The notes beneath the pieces were generated by a model. That model did not search any database, was not told the origin of the DNA, and saw nothing but the letters and a program-made list of their open reading frames with translations. DNA of 40,784 nucleotides from Acidobacteriota bacterium. Lineage in GTDB: Bacteria; Acidobacteriota; UBA6911; JACQSX01. A program made the translations under genes and the position numbers. The stretch covers positions 1 through 40,784 of the forward strand of contig JACQGG010000040.1 of the NCBI GenBank assembly GCA_016199665.1, read 5' to 3'. Positions 1 to 8,030 of the stretch are shown piece by piece. Within the stretch, counting starts at the first letter, position 1. Each line of letters starts with the position of its first letter.

Positions 1-72
1 CCTCAACGTCAGAACGACACCAGTTCTCCTGCCCTTGGAATCGATAATAAATCTTTCTGGTACTGTGCTCAC
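1..72 (-). CDS. Possible small protein, first 24 codons only (continues past the left window edge); antitoxin-like N-terminus
   Basis: Absent from the ORF track because it runs off the edge. Minus-strand GTG at 72-70 opens VSTVPERFIIDSKGRRTGVVLTLR in frame to nt 1. On the minus strand it is preceded by CTGACG (129-124), 18 nt, then TATAAT (105-100). GC drops locally. Start codon and reality of the gene are unproven. Confidence 0.25.
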   Translation of the reverse strand, partial: MSTVPERFIIDSKGRRTGVVLTLR

Positions 73-338
73 TGTAGATTCGTCCCAGTTATTCTGACGA
101 TTATACGCCTGCTCGCTGCACACCGTCAGCCGCAGCAATCGGGCTTGAATTGGACAGAACTGTATAGCACAGCAAACACTGCAAACTGCGACGTCTATCC
201 CGTGGGCGTTCCGAGACAGTTGGGTGTCCCATCCCGTTTCGAATCAAATGCTCGGCACCGAAGCGCCGACCGTCCAGGATCGAGGTATGCAGCGTGCGGC
301 CGCTACCTATCTTGTTTCCGCCGACATCGGAAGTCGTA

Positions 339-2360
339 TCAACGTTCCGGCCGGTCCATGACGGTGGATTTCTTGGTGAACGGTCCCTTGGAGTACTTAT
401 CCGCGTCATCCACGGCGCCAAAGGTGTTATCCTTGGCGTTTATGACCCGCTGATACTCGGCCAGCGCGCGCTGCCTTTCTCCCAGCATGTCATAGATCTT
501 TCCCAGGTGCAGATGGCTCATAGATTCCACCCACTTGGGCTGCAGGTCTCCGTTCAGCGCATCCCGGAACGCGTTGCCTCCGCTTTGCGTGTTGGCCTGC
601 TCAAAAAAAACTTCCCCCAGGCGGTAATGGGCCAGCGAGCTTCGGGGATTCAGTTTGATCGCGCGCTCGTATTCGCGAATCGCCTCCAAAAACTGGTTCT
701 TGTGGAACAGTTCGTACCCCAGCGCGATGTGCACCGCGACTTCCATGTCCGTCGAGTTGCGCAGCAGCTTCTGTTCCGGGTCGAGCACCACCCGGACGGG
801 ACGCGTCGCCGACTTGATGTCGAAATGAGTCGTCTTCCCTTCCACCTGAACCGTCTGCATTTCCCGCTTTTGTTCCGTCTCCACTGCCACCCGCAGCGGC
901 ATGCGAAACAGGTCCAGGTTCTGCTTGACCGTCCCGGCGATGCGAAAGCCCCCGTCGGCCAGCTTGTAAACCGTGTAATCCACTTCCATGTCGGGGACGC
1001 CGGTCGTTTCAATCCACTGCGCAAAAAACCATTGCAGGTCCTGACCGCTGCTTGAGGAGGCTTTTGCTTTTAAATCCGACAACAACGCCTGCCGGCCGAG
1101 GCTGGCCGCGGCAAACTCTTTGAGCAAGGAAAGGACCTGATCGCGGCCCATGATGTCCTCGAGCATGTACAGGACCCAAGCTCCTTTTCCCCCAACGATC
1201 GACTGATACTCCTCGCTGCGAAAGCCAAGGCTGAATGCATTACTGATGGAGGAACGGTTTTCGTACTTTAGCGCCAGAACGGCAAGTTTCAGGATCTCGT
1301 CCTGGTACTCCTCCTTGTTCCGGCTCTCCAGATATTTCGCCGCAAGATAGAAGGCCGCCCCGTCAGACAGCATCACGTCTTGCGGATTCTGCGGAAGAAC
1401 TCCCAGTCCCCACCACTGCAGCGCCATACGGCGCGCCAGTTCCACATCGGAGACCTGTGGCCCCTGGAGCATCTCCGCCGGGAGGTAGATCACCCCGGGC
1501 CCCGCCATTTCGTCGCGCACATCGCCGGGGATCTCCACCAAGGTCAGGTCTCCGAAAGGGTAACCCGGAAGTTCTTTCTGAAAAAAAGTGAGAATAGCGG
1601 AAAGCTGTTGAGTCACTGCTTCCGGGCGCATTTCCGACCTGTCAGGAGTGAACACGTGGACGGGAACCTGGCCAGCGGCAAACTTCTGCTCGCGCAATTT
1701 GCCGATGACCAGCGACCACTGGTTGGAGGGCCGCGAAATCTCCCAATCAAACACTTCTGTAATCCCCTGGGTCTTGACCGGTTTCGGCGTCCCCGCGACC
1801 ACAGCGCTGAACCCCAGAGGAACCGTCACCGAGAACTCGGCCGTCGCTGGATCGAAAAGCGGGTCATGCACGGGGAACCACCGCGCAGAGAACATCAGAT
1901 ATGCCGCCTCGTCGCCAATGTATCCGGTGGCCGACTGGTTCTTGTCCAGAAAGGCGTAGTCTTCCCGTTCCAGGGTTCCCTCATAGCCTATCTGCAAGGT
2001 GTGACTGCCGGGTGCAAAAGGCTGCCCCGCTCCGACCAGCAGACGGCTGCTATCGGCCTCGTCAAATCGAGTGGTGAGTTGCCTTCCTGCCTCGTCGGTG
2101 ACGTCGGTGACACTGAACCGGCTGTTGATCTCAAAAGGAATCGCCCTGACCGCTTGGGACAGGTCCAGTTGAATCCTCGCCGCTCCTCTCAGACTGTGGT
2201 CCTGCAGATTGACATCGACTTTGACCTGGTAACGGCTCACGTCGATTTGAGAGCGGCTCTGGGCTTGCGCACTCAGACAAAGCGCGGCTGCGATCCAGGT
2301 CAGGAACAGCCTTTGCACCACGGTTAAGGCCAACCCAAGGACGGCGGAAACTATTTTCAC
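339..2360 (-). CDS. Secreted M1-aminopeptidase-fold protein with degenerate catalytic motifs and C-terminal TPR repeats
   Basis: ORF 339..2468. Its first 36 codons overlap lpxB, so I moved the start to GTG 2360-2358 (GTGA overlap with the lpxB stop). This gives a signal-peptide-like [34 protein letters not shown]. The central scaffold resembles M1 peptidases (..ALQWWGLGV.., ..DGAAFYLAAKYLE..), but GXMEN reads DEMAG and HEXXH reads RRMAL. C-terminal TPR-like repeats are present (AIREYERAIKLNP, ALAEYQRVINAKD). Confidence 0.8.
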   Translation of the reverse strand: MKIVSAVLGLALTVVQRLFLTWIAAALCLSAQAQSRSQIDVSRYQVKVDVNLQDHSLRGAARIQLDLSQAVRAIPFEINSRFSVTDVTDEAGRQLTTRFDEADSSRLLVGAGQPFAPGSHTLQIGYEGTLEREDYAFLDKNQSATGYIGDEAAYLMFSARWFPVHDPLFDPATAEFSVTVPLGFSAVVAGTPKPVKTQGITEVFDWEISRPSNQWSLVIGKLREQKFAAGQVPVHVFTPDRSEMRPEAVTQQLSAILTFFQKELPGYPFGDLTLVEIPGDVRDEMAGPGVIYLPAEMLQGPQVSDVELARRMALQWWGLGVLPQNPQDVMLSDGAAFYLAAKYLESRNKEEYQDEILKLAVLALKYENRSSISNAFSLGFRSEEYQSIVGGKGAWVLYMLEDIMGRDQVLSLLKEFAAASLGRQALLSDLKAKASSSSGQDLQWFFAQWIETTGVPDMEVDYTVYKLADGGFRIAGTVKQNLDLFRMPLRVAVETEQKREMQTVQVEGKTTHFDIKSATRPVRVVLDPEQKLLRNSTDMEVAVHIALGYELFHKNQFLEAIREYERAIKLNPRSSLAHYRLGEVFFEQANTQSGGNAFRDALNGDLQPKWVESMSHLHLGKIYDMLGERQRALAEYQRVINAKDNTFGAVDDADKYSKGPFTKKSTVMDRPER

Positions 2361-3523
2361 CTGGCGCCTTCCATAAACCGCACAATCGACGTGGCGGCGT
2401 CCCCGTAGGGATCCGCTCCGGCCAGCCGGTCCCTCACGCGGCTCAATTTCTGCAGAATAATTTCCCATTTGGGATCTTTCCCGACGAAGGAAGAGAGCAT
2501 GGCGGCGACGGCTCGCGGATTGGCCTGGCGCTGGACCAGTTCCGGAACCGCCCGCTCTTTTAGAATCAGGTTTGGCAACGCGAACAGTTCGGTTTTCAGC
2601 AGGAACCGAACCAGGTTCCAGCTCACCGAGGAGCCGCGATACAGCATGCAGAACGGAAGGCCCGCCAGCGCCGCTTCCAGTGTGGACGTTCCGCTCTTGA
2701 TCAGGCCGTAGTCGCAGTGCGCCAAAACTTCATCGCTCCCTTCAATGATCTTGATCTTGAGATGACCGCCGGCGCTGTGCACCAGCCTTTCAATTTCCCG
2801 GCGCAATCCCGGGGCCGCTGCGATTACCAGTTGTAGATGCAGATGCCGGGCCGGCGCAAGCATCCCCGCTCCTTCAAGAACCACCGGAAGGATCGCTTCC
2901 ACTTCGCGTCTCCGGCTTCCGGGAAGCACCGCCACAAAGACATCGTTTTCACTCAGACGGTGACGTTGCGCAAAGGATTGCCGATCGCGCCAGGGGGGCT
3001 CGTTTGACGCCAAGGGGTGCCCGTAGTACTCCGCCGTGACGCCGTGAGCCCTGTAGAAGTCCACCTCAAAAGGAAAAAGTACAATCATCTTGTCCACGTT
3101 GTTCCGAACCTTCCGCACCCGGCCCTGCCGCCATGCCCAAAGCTGCGGGCTGATGAAATAGACGATGGGCGCGATACCCCTCTTCTTCAGTGCGCGCGCC
3201 AGCGGCAGGTTGAAATCCGGGAAATCAACCAGCACCGCGGCTAACGGCCGCCGGGCTTGCGCCTCCTCCAGGATCGAGTGGTAAAGCCGGCAATAGCGGC
3301 CCGCCTGAGCCAGAGCTGCGGCAGGTCCGATGGCCGCCAACTGCCGGGAAGAGGCGAGCAATCGCGCACCCAAAGCCGCCAGCCGGTCTCCGCCACTGCC
3401 CCAGACTTGCAATGGCTGGCTGACCCGTTTGAGAATCTGTTCGCACAGATGGGATGCGTGCAGGTCCCCGGACTCTTCGCCGGCAACCACCAACAGCGTC
3501 CTGTCGCCCTGGGACGCATTCAT
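2357..3523 (-). CDS. lpxB: Lipid-A-disaccharide synthase
   Basis: N-terminus [15 protein letters not shown] and overall GT19-like sequence (..[15 protein letters not shown].., ..[17 protein letters not shown]..). Start placed at ATG 3523-3521, which forms an ATGA overlap with the mnmA stop. The ATG at 3541 is an alternative. Confidence 0.9.
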   Translation of the reverse strand: MNASQGDRTLLVVAGEESGDLHASHLCEQILKRVSQPLQVWGSGGDRLAALGARLLASSRQLAAIGPAAALAQAGRYCRLYHSILEEAQARRPLAAVLVDFPDFNLPLARALKKRGIAPIVYFISPQLWAWRQGRVRKVRNNVDKMIVLFPFEVDFYRAHGVTAEYYGHPLASNEPPWRDRQSFAQRHRLSENDVFVAVLPGSRRREVEAILPVVLEGAGMLAPARHLHLQLVIAAAPGLRREIERLVHSAGGHLKIKIIEGSDEVLAHCDYGLIKSGTSTLEAALAGLPFCMLYRGSSVSWNLVRFLLKTELFALPNLILKERAVPELVQRQANPRAVAAMLSSFVGKDPKWEIILQKLSRVRDRLAGADPYGDAATSIVRFMEGAR

Positions 3524-4629
3524 GTGTCCCGACGAACCCACCCTCCACCCAATACCCTGTCACCCCAATAAAAAACCACAGCCTGACCCGGAGTCACAGA
3601 ATATTGCGGAACATCAAACTCAACCTTGCAGTTCCGATCGGCCAGGGGGGTTACGGTGGCAGCCACCTCCTGATGGCGAGAACGGATCCTGACCTGGCAG
3701 CGAATCGGCGCCTCCGGGGTGCGGCCGGAAATCCAGTGAGAATTCTCGAGGGCTGCCTGCCGAGACAGCAACTGCGCTTTGTCCCCCACTACGACTGTAT
3801 TGGTGGAAGTATCGGTAGACAGCGCATAGAGGGGACTGCGGCCGCCGATACCCAGGCCCTTTCGCTGGCCGACGGTGTAGCGCGCACTCCCGCGGTGCAC
3901 ACCCAGGAAAGTGCCGTCAACGGACTCGATTCGCCCGGGCGACAAAGCGCCGTTTCCCGGCGCCGCGTCGTTACCCGGCAGTTGGCCGGCGTACCGTTCC
4001 AGAAATGACCCGTAGTCCCCATTCGGAACGAAACAGATCTCCTGGCTGTCCGGTTTAGCGGCAGTGCAGAGGCGCCTCTTTGCCGCGGCCTGCCGCGTCT
4101 CATTCTTGGTCTGATCTCCCAGCGGAAAAATAGCATGAGCAAGTTGCCGCTGCGTTAGTTCAAACAGGAAATAGGCCTGATCTTTGGCGAAGTCGGCGCC
4201 CTTGCGCAATTCGAACTCATCGCCGCTCTGGGAGACCCGGGCATAGTGCCCGGTGGCCACCTTTTCAGCCCCAATGCCGGCGGCGAATTGAATCAGCCGA
4301 TTGAACTTGAGGAAAGTGTTACAGCGGACGCACGGGCTAGGGGTTTTACCCGACAGGTAGTCGCGCACAAACGGCTCCACTACCGATTTCCGGAAAGCCT
4401 CCTGCAGGTTAAGGACATAGAAGGGAATGCTCAGTTGTTCGGCCACCCTCCGCGCGTCATAGACATCGTCCAGCGAACAGCAGCGGCCCGAACCGGGCTC
4501 GCCCTCATCGCGGGAGTGATCCCACAACTGCATCGAGCATCCAACAACATCGAACCCCTGCTCCACCAGCAGCGCCGCCGCAGTAGAACTGTCCACTCCC
4601 CCGCTCATAGCCACCAACACCCGCGACAT
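3520..4629 (-). CDS. mnmA: tRNA-specific 2-thiouridylase (tRNA 5-methylaminomethyl-2-thiouridine synthesis)
   Basis: PP-loop [15 protein letters not shown], then ..[10 protein letters not shown].., ..CCSLDD.., ..TPSPCVRCN.., ..ATGHYAR... ATG 4629-4627 is preceded by GGAGG. The 30-codon upstream extension to 4719 has no family-like sequence. Confidence 0.95.
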   Translation of the reverse strand: MSRVLVAMSGGVDSSTAAALLVEQGFDVVGCSMQLWDHSRDEGEPGSGRCCSLDDVYDARRVAEQLSIPFYVLNLQEAFRKSVVEPFVRDYLSGKTPSPCVRCNTFLKFNRLIQFAAGIGAEKVATGHYARVSQSGDEFELRKGADFAKDQAYFLFELTQRQLAHAIFPLGDQTKNETRQAAAKRRLCTAAKPDSQEICFVPNGDYGSFLERYAGQLPGNDAAPGNGALSPGRIESVDGTFLGVHRGSARYTVGQRKGLGIGGRSPLYALSTDTSTNTVVVGDKAQLLSRQAALENSHWISGRTPEAPIRCQVRIRSRHQEVAATVTPLADRNCKVEFDVPQYSVTPGQAVVFYWGDRVLGGGWVRRDT

Positions 4630-4755
4630 GCATTTCCTCCTAAGACATCTCAACCCGGAAGGAGCGGCTGGACTCCCGTTGCCCTCCAGAAAACTCAGGC
4701 GATGCCATCTCAGGCGCACGGTCCTTTCCGCAGTGGAGCTTGGCCCGTTTCATTT

Positions 4756-5529
4756 TCAAGACTGCCAAAGGATTGCCGTCCCAACAATATCGATCTGATT
4801 TAAAGTCAAGGTGAGAGGGAACGGCTCGATCGATTCGGCGCGCTGACTGTGGTCCTGCCTCAACCGCAACAAGTCGAAGTGCAGTTCCTTTCTCAGAGCC
4901 TGAAGCTTCTCTCTTGTCCCTCCCGTCTCCGGAATCATTTCAAACGAAAGCGGGTGGATCTTGCGCTGGCTGGACTCCCCCTCGAGACAGAGAGTGGAAA
5001 TCTCTTCTCTCAGTTCCAGAAAAATACGGTTTGTTTCCAGCGTTTCCTCCGTCGGTTTTTCCAGGCTGGTCCGAAATTCCTCGGAGGCTCGCTCCAGCGA
5101 GTCCTCGATCTGCAGCAGCCGGCGGAGATAACGATCCGACAGCGCGCGAAAGTCCTGAGCCAGATCCTGCGACGCGCAATCCCGGCACCGGGTCAGAAAG
5201 TCCTCGAAGGGCTCCGCGGGGGAAGCGTAGAGATCGTAAAAAGTGTTTCGATATATCACGATCCGATGATAGCGCAACAGGTATTCAAGAAACTTGTCCT
5301 GCAGCCGGTCCCCCATCCCATCAACATTAAGGTCTTCTGGAGCAACGATCGGCTCGGCATTTCTTTCCAGAAAGTCGCCGGGGCGCTCCGTTACCATATC
5401 GGGAGTCCAGATCAGGTCGTCGTCCAGCGGAATCATCTCGGCCTGGAAATTTCCCTCCCGCGTTTCCGAGGTCGACGACCGCACGTCACGGATGTCGAAC
5501 TTGACATCGAAGAACAACCAGGGACGCAT
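4756..5529 (-). CDS. Hypothetical acidic protein with coiled-coil-like C-terminal half; no TM segment or signal peptide seen
   Basis: ORF 4756..5643 opens with TTG. ATG 5529 is preceded by AGGAGGGGCCCGAAGG; ATG 5571 is the alternative. I recognised no family. It lies downstream of and co-directional with the ECF sigma gene. Confidence 0.55.
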   Translation of the reverse strand: MRPWLFFDVKFDIRDVRSSTSETREGNFQAEMIPLDDDLIWTPDMVTERPGDFLERNAEPIVAPEDLNVDGMGDRLQDKFLEYLLRYHRIVIYRNTFYDLYASPAEPFEDFLTRCRDCASQDLAQDFRALSDRYLRRLLQIEDSLERASEEFRTSLEKPTEETLETNRIFLELREEISTLCLEGESSQRKIHPLSFEMIPETGGTREKLQALRKELHFDLLRLRQDHSQRAESIEPFPLTLTLNQIDIVGTAILWQS

Positions 5530-5716
5530 TTTGACCTTCGGGCCCCTCCTCTTAACGCAATAGTGCTTCATGTCGTGGCAGAAGGTGAGTATATCACACC
5601 GACTGGGGGCACCCGGGACGGGAGGGAGCCCGGCGCCAGTCAAGCTGACCCCGGGCTGGATGGGCGAGATAAGAACTGCGGATGACCTGCGGCGATTGGC
5701 CGCAAGCGGCGAAGAT

Positions 5717-6301
5717 TCAGTGAATTTTTTCGGATCGATTCAAATAGCGCCGGCATTCCTGGCGACCATAAAAGAGCCGCGATTTGACGGTCCCCTCGGA
5801 AATATTCAGGGCCCGGGCAATCTCCTTTATCGTCAAGCCCTCGGCGTCGTGCATCCGTACAACCTCACCTTGCTTGGCACTGACCCGCCTCAGCGAGGAT
5901 TCCAGACGCGCGCGCAGTTCCCGCCGGTAGGTGCAATCAAAAGGGCTGTCATTGCAGGCCAGCGAGTCAGCGAGAAAGTCCTTGATTTCCTCAAACGAGT
6001 CTTCTTTTCGTTTTGTTTTGCGTCGCAGGATTTCCAAACAGACATTGGTCACGATGCGATTCAGCCACGTCGTGATCTTCGCCTCACCCCGGAAACCGCC
6101 CATGGCGCGAAAGGCATTAAGCAGCGTCTCCTGAACGGCGTCCTCGGCCGTGTTTTCGTCCTTCAGAATACGCAGGGCGACCCGGTAAATGATTTTCGAG
6201 AAGCGTTTGCAAAATTCTTCATAAGCACCCAACTCCTCGCGACGGCATCGTTCGATCAGAGCAACTTCATCCTGGCCCGGCAGAAATGTACATATGCTCA
6301 T
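5717..6301 (-). CDS. ECF-type RNA polymerase sigma factor (sigma-70 family, regions 2 and 4)
   Basis: Region 2 AEDAVQETLLNAFRAMGGFRGEAKITTWLNRIVTNVCLEILRR; region 4 ..VVRMHDAEGLTIKEIARALNISEGTVKSRLFYGR... The track ORF starts with TTG at 6349. ATG 6301 is preceded by a G-rich SD and gives a typical ECF N-terminus. Confidence 0.85.
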   Translation of the reverse strand: MSICTFLPGQDEVALIERCRREELGAYEEFCKRFSKIIYRVALRILKDENTAEDAVQETLLNAFRAMGGFRGEAKITTWLNRIVTNVCLEILRRKTKRKEDSFEEIKDFLADSLACNDSPFDCTYRRELRARLESSLRRVSAKQGEVVRMHDAEGLTIKEIARALNISEGTVKSRLFYGRQECRRYLNRSEKIH

Positions 6302-6447
6302 CAAACACCCCCCATCATCCAGCCGTTGAATGTGCAAGCCAACGGCCAATCTCTTAACGGGGGATCAAATGCAGGCTAAACTATGATTAAGCTACTGTAA
6401 AATAAGCTGTTAAAGACCGCCAGCCACGGTTGATGAGCCGAGTGCAT

Positions 6448-6466
6448 CTGTCAAATGCTTTGACAG
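6448..6466. promoter_or_regulatory. Perfect 19-bp palindrome CTGTCAAA-tgc-TTTGACAG (candidate operator / regulator binding site)
   Basis: Read directly from the sequence. It lies in the 256-bp AT-rich intergenic region upstream of the ECF sigma gene. Related half-sites are CTGTAAAA 6395-6402, CTGTTAAA 6407-6414, TTTTACAG 6507-6514 and 6538-6545. Confidence 0.35.
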
Positions 6467-6605
6467 CCTTACAACGAAAAACAGACAAAAAAATTTATAA
6501 GTCATTATTTTACAGTTACTTATTATACTGTCTAGGTATTTTACAGAGTCCAAGTTGATTTTGGACACTGAAGAATTTTGGCCAACTTGCTACGTGGAGC
6601 AGAGA

Positions 6606-8030
6606 TCAGGAACCGGCGCCCGGAAAGCCTTCGGCCTGAATTTTTTTCAGTTTGGTGAGCAGCGTCTGGCGACTGATTCCGAGCGCGCGGGCCGCATGGC
6701 TCTTGTTCTGGCCGACCGCATTCAGGGTTTCCAGGATCATTCGGCGTTCCAATTCCCCGATTTGCTCTTTGAGCCGATCCGGCGCGGAAGAAGGCGTCCG
6801 GCCCGAGCGCACGTGGTCAGAGAGCAGGTCGAGGGTAATGCCCCCCCCTTCGGACAGGATCACCAGGCGTTCCACTTCGTTCTCGAGTTCCCGCACATTG
6901 CCGGGCCACGAGTACTGCTGCAGCACGGAAAGCGCTTCTGCCGAGAAGCGCAGCCCCCTCCTGTTGAGGAGAGATCCAATCTTGTGCAGGAAGTATTCCG
7001 CCAAGGGCGCCACGTCTTCTTTCCGAGCGCGCAACGGGGGCACATAGACGGAAAACACGTTGATTCGATAGAACAGGTCCTGGCGGAAGTTGCCTTTCTC
7101 CGCCTCCTCGCGCAGATTGCGATTGGTACTGGCGACAATGCGAACGTCCACCTGGCGGGATTTCTGCGATCCGACCGGCTGTATCCTGCTGTCCTCAAGA
7201 ACCCGCAGAAACTTGACCTGCAGATCGAGAGGCGCCTCACCGATTTCGTCGAGGAAGAGCGTGCCGCGATCTGCCATTTCAAAAAATCCCTTCCTTTCCG
7301 TGGTCGCTCCGGTAAAGGCCCCTTTTACATGACCGAAGAACTCGCTTTCGGCCAGATCCCGCGGAATCGCGCCGCAGTTGACCGGGACAAAGATCTCATT
7401 GGCCCGCCGGCTTTCTTGATGGATAAAGCGCGCCACGAGCTCTTTCCCCGTGCCCGTTTCACCCTGGATCAGAACGGTGGAGTCGGTCTGCACTACTCGA
7501 GACAACAGGGAAAGAATCTCGCCCATGGCGCGACTCTTGAAAACAATGTTGCCGGGTTCGAAATAGGTCTCGACCTGCTTCTTCAGAAACTGATTTTCGC
7601 GGCACAGCTTTTCGTTGGCTTTTTCCAGTTCCGCGCTCAGTCTGCGATTTTCCCGCATCAGTTCCAGTTGCTCCAATGCCTTGCGCACCGTGATCCGCAA
7701 GGATGCCGGCTCCCATGGCTTGGTGATGTACTTGTACACTCGCCCGGTATTAATGGCTTCGATCAGGTCGTCGACTTCAGTGTAGCCGGTCAGCACGATG
7801 CGGATGATTTCCGGGTTGATGGCAATGCTCTCTTCCAGCAGCTCCACCCCAGACATACCGGGCATTTTTTGATCGGTGATGATCACATCCACCGATTGAT
7901 CCCTGAGGATTTTCAGCGCGTCTCCGGCAGACCCGGCCGTCAGCACGTGATGCTCTTCCACAAAGGTTCGTTGCAGCTTCTGCAGGTTGGGAGGCTCGTC
8001 ATCTACCACCAGGATCCTGTATCGATTCAT
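6606..8030 (-). CDS. Sigma-54-dependent response regulator (NtrC family: receiver + AAA+ + Fis-type HTH)
   Basis: Receiver ILVVDDEP..DVIITDQKMPGMSG; Walker A GETGTGKE; GAFTGA motif; ..WPGNVRELENEV..; C-terminal HTH ..NKSHAARALGISRQTLLTKLKK... ATGA overlap with the upstream kinase stop (8027-8030). Confidence 0.95.
   Translation of the reverse strand: MNRYRILVVDDEPPNLQKLQRTFVEEHHVLTAGSAGDALKILRDQSVDVIITDQKMPGMSGVELLEESIAINPEIIRIVLTGYTEVDDLIEAINTGRVYKYITKPWEPASLRITVRKALEQLELMRENRRLSAELEKANEKLCRENQFLKKQVETYFEPGNIVFKSRAMGEILSLLSRVVQTDSTVLIQGETGTGKELVARFIHQESRRANEIFVPVNCGAIPRDLAESEFFGHVKGAFTGATTERKGFFEMADRGTLFLDEIGEAPLDLQVKFLRVLEDSRIQPVGSQKSRQVDVRIVASTNRNLREEAEKGNFRQDLFYRINVFSVYVPPLRARKEDVAPLAEYFLHKIGSLLNRRGLRFSAEALSVLQQYSWPGNVRELENEVERLVILSEGGGITLDLLSDHVRSGRTPSSAPDRLKEQIGELERRMILETLNAVGQNKSHAARALGISRQTLLTKLKKIQAEGFPGAGS

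Noticed and set aside
101-453. ORFs 101..421 (-) and 145..453 (+) at the left edge
   Set aside because: Both overlap the 3' end of the M1-like gene, are Arg/Ser-rich and match no family. TTCGAATC at 238-245 looked briefly like a tRNA T-loop, but I could draw no acceptor or anticodon stems.
294-2327. Plus-strand ORFs 294..1055 (253 aa) and 1380..2327 (315 aa)
   Set aside because: Antisense to the M1-like gene. No motifs; mirror-ORF composition.
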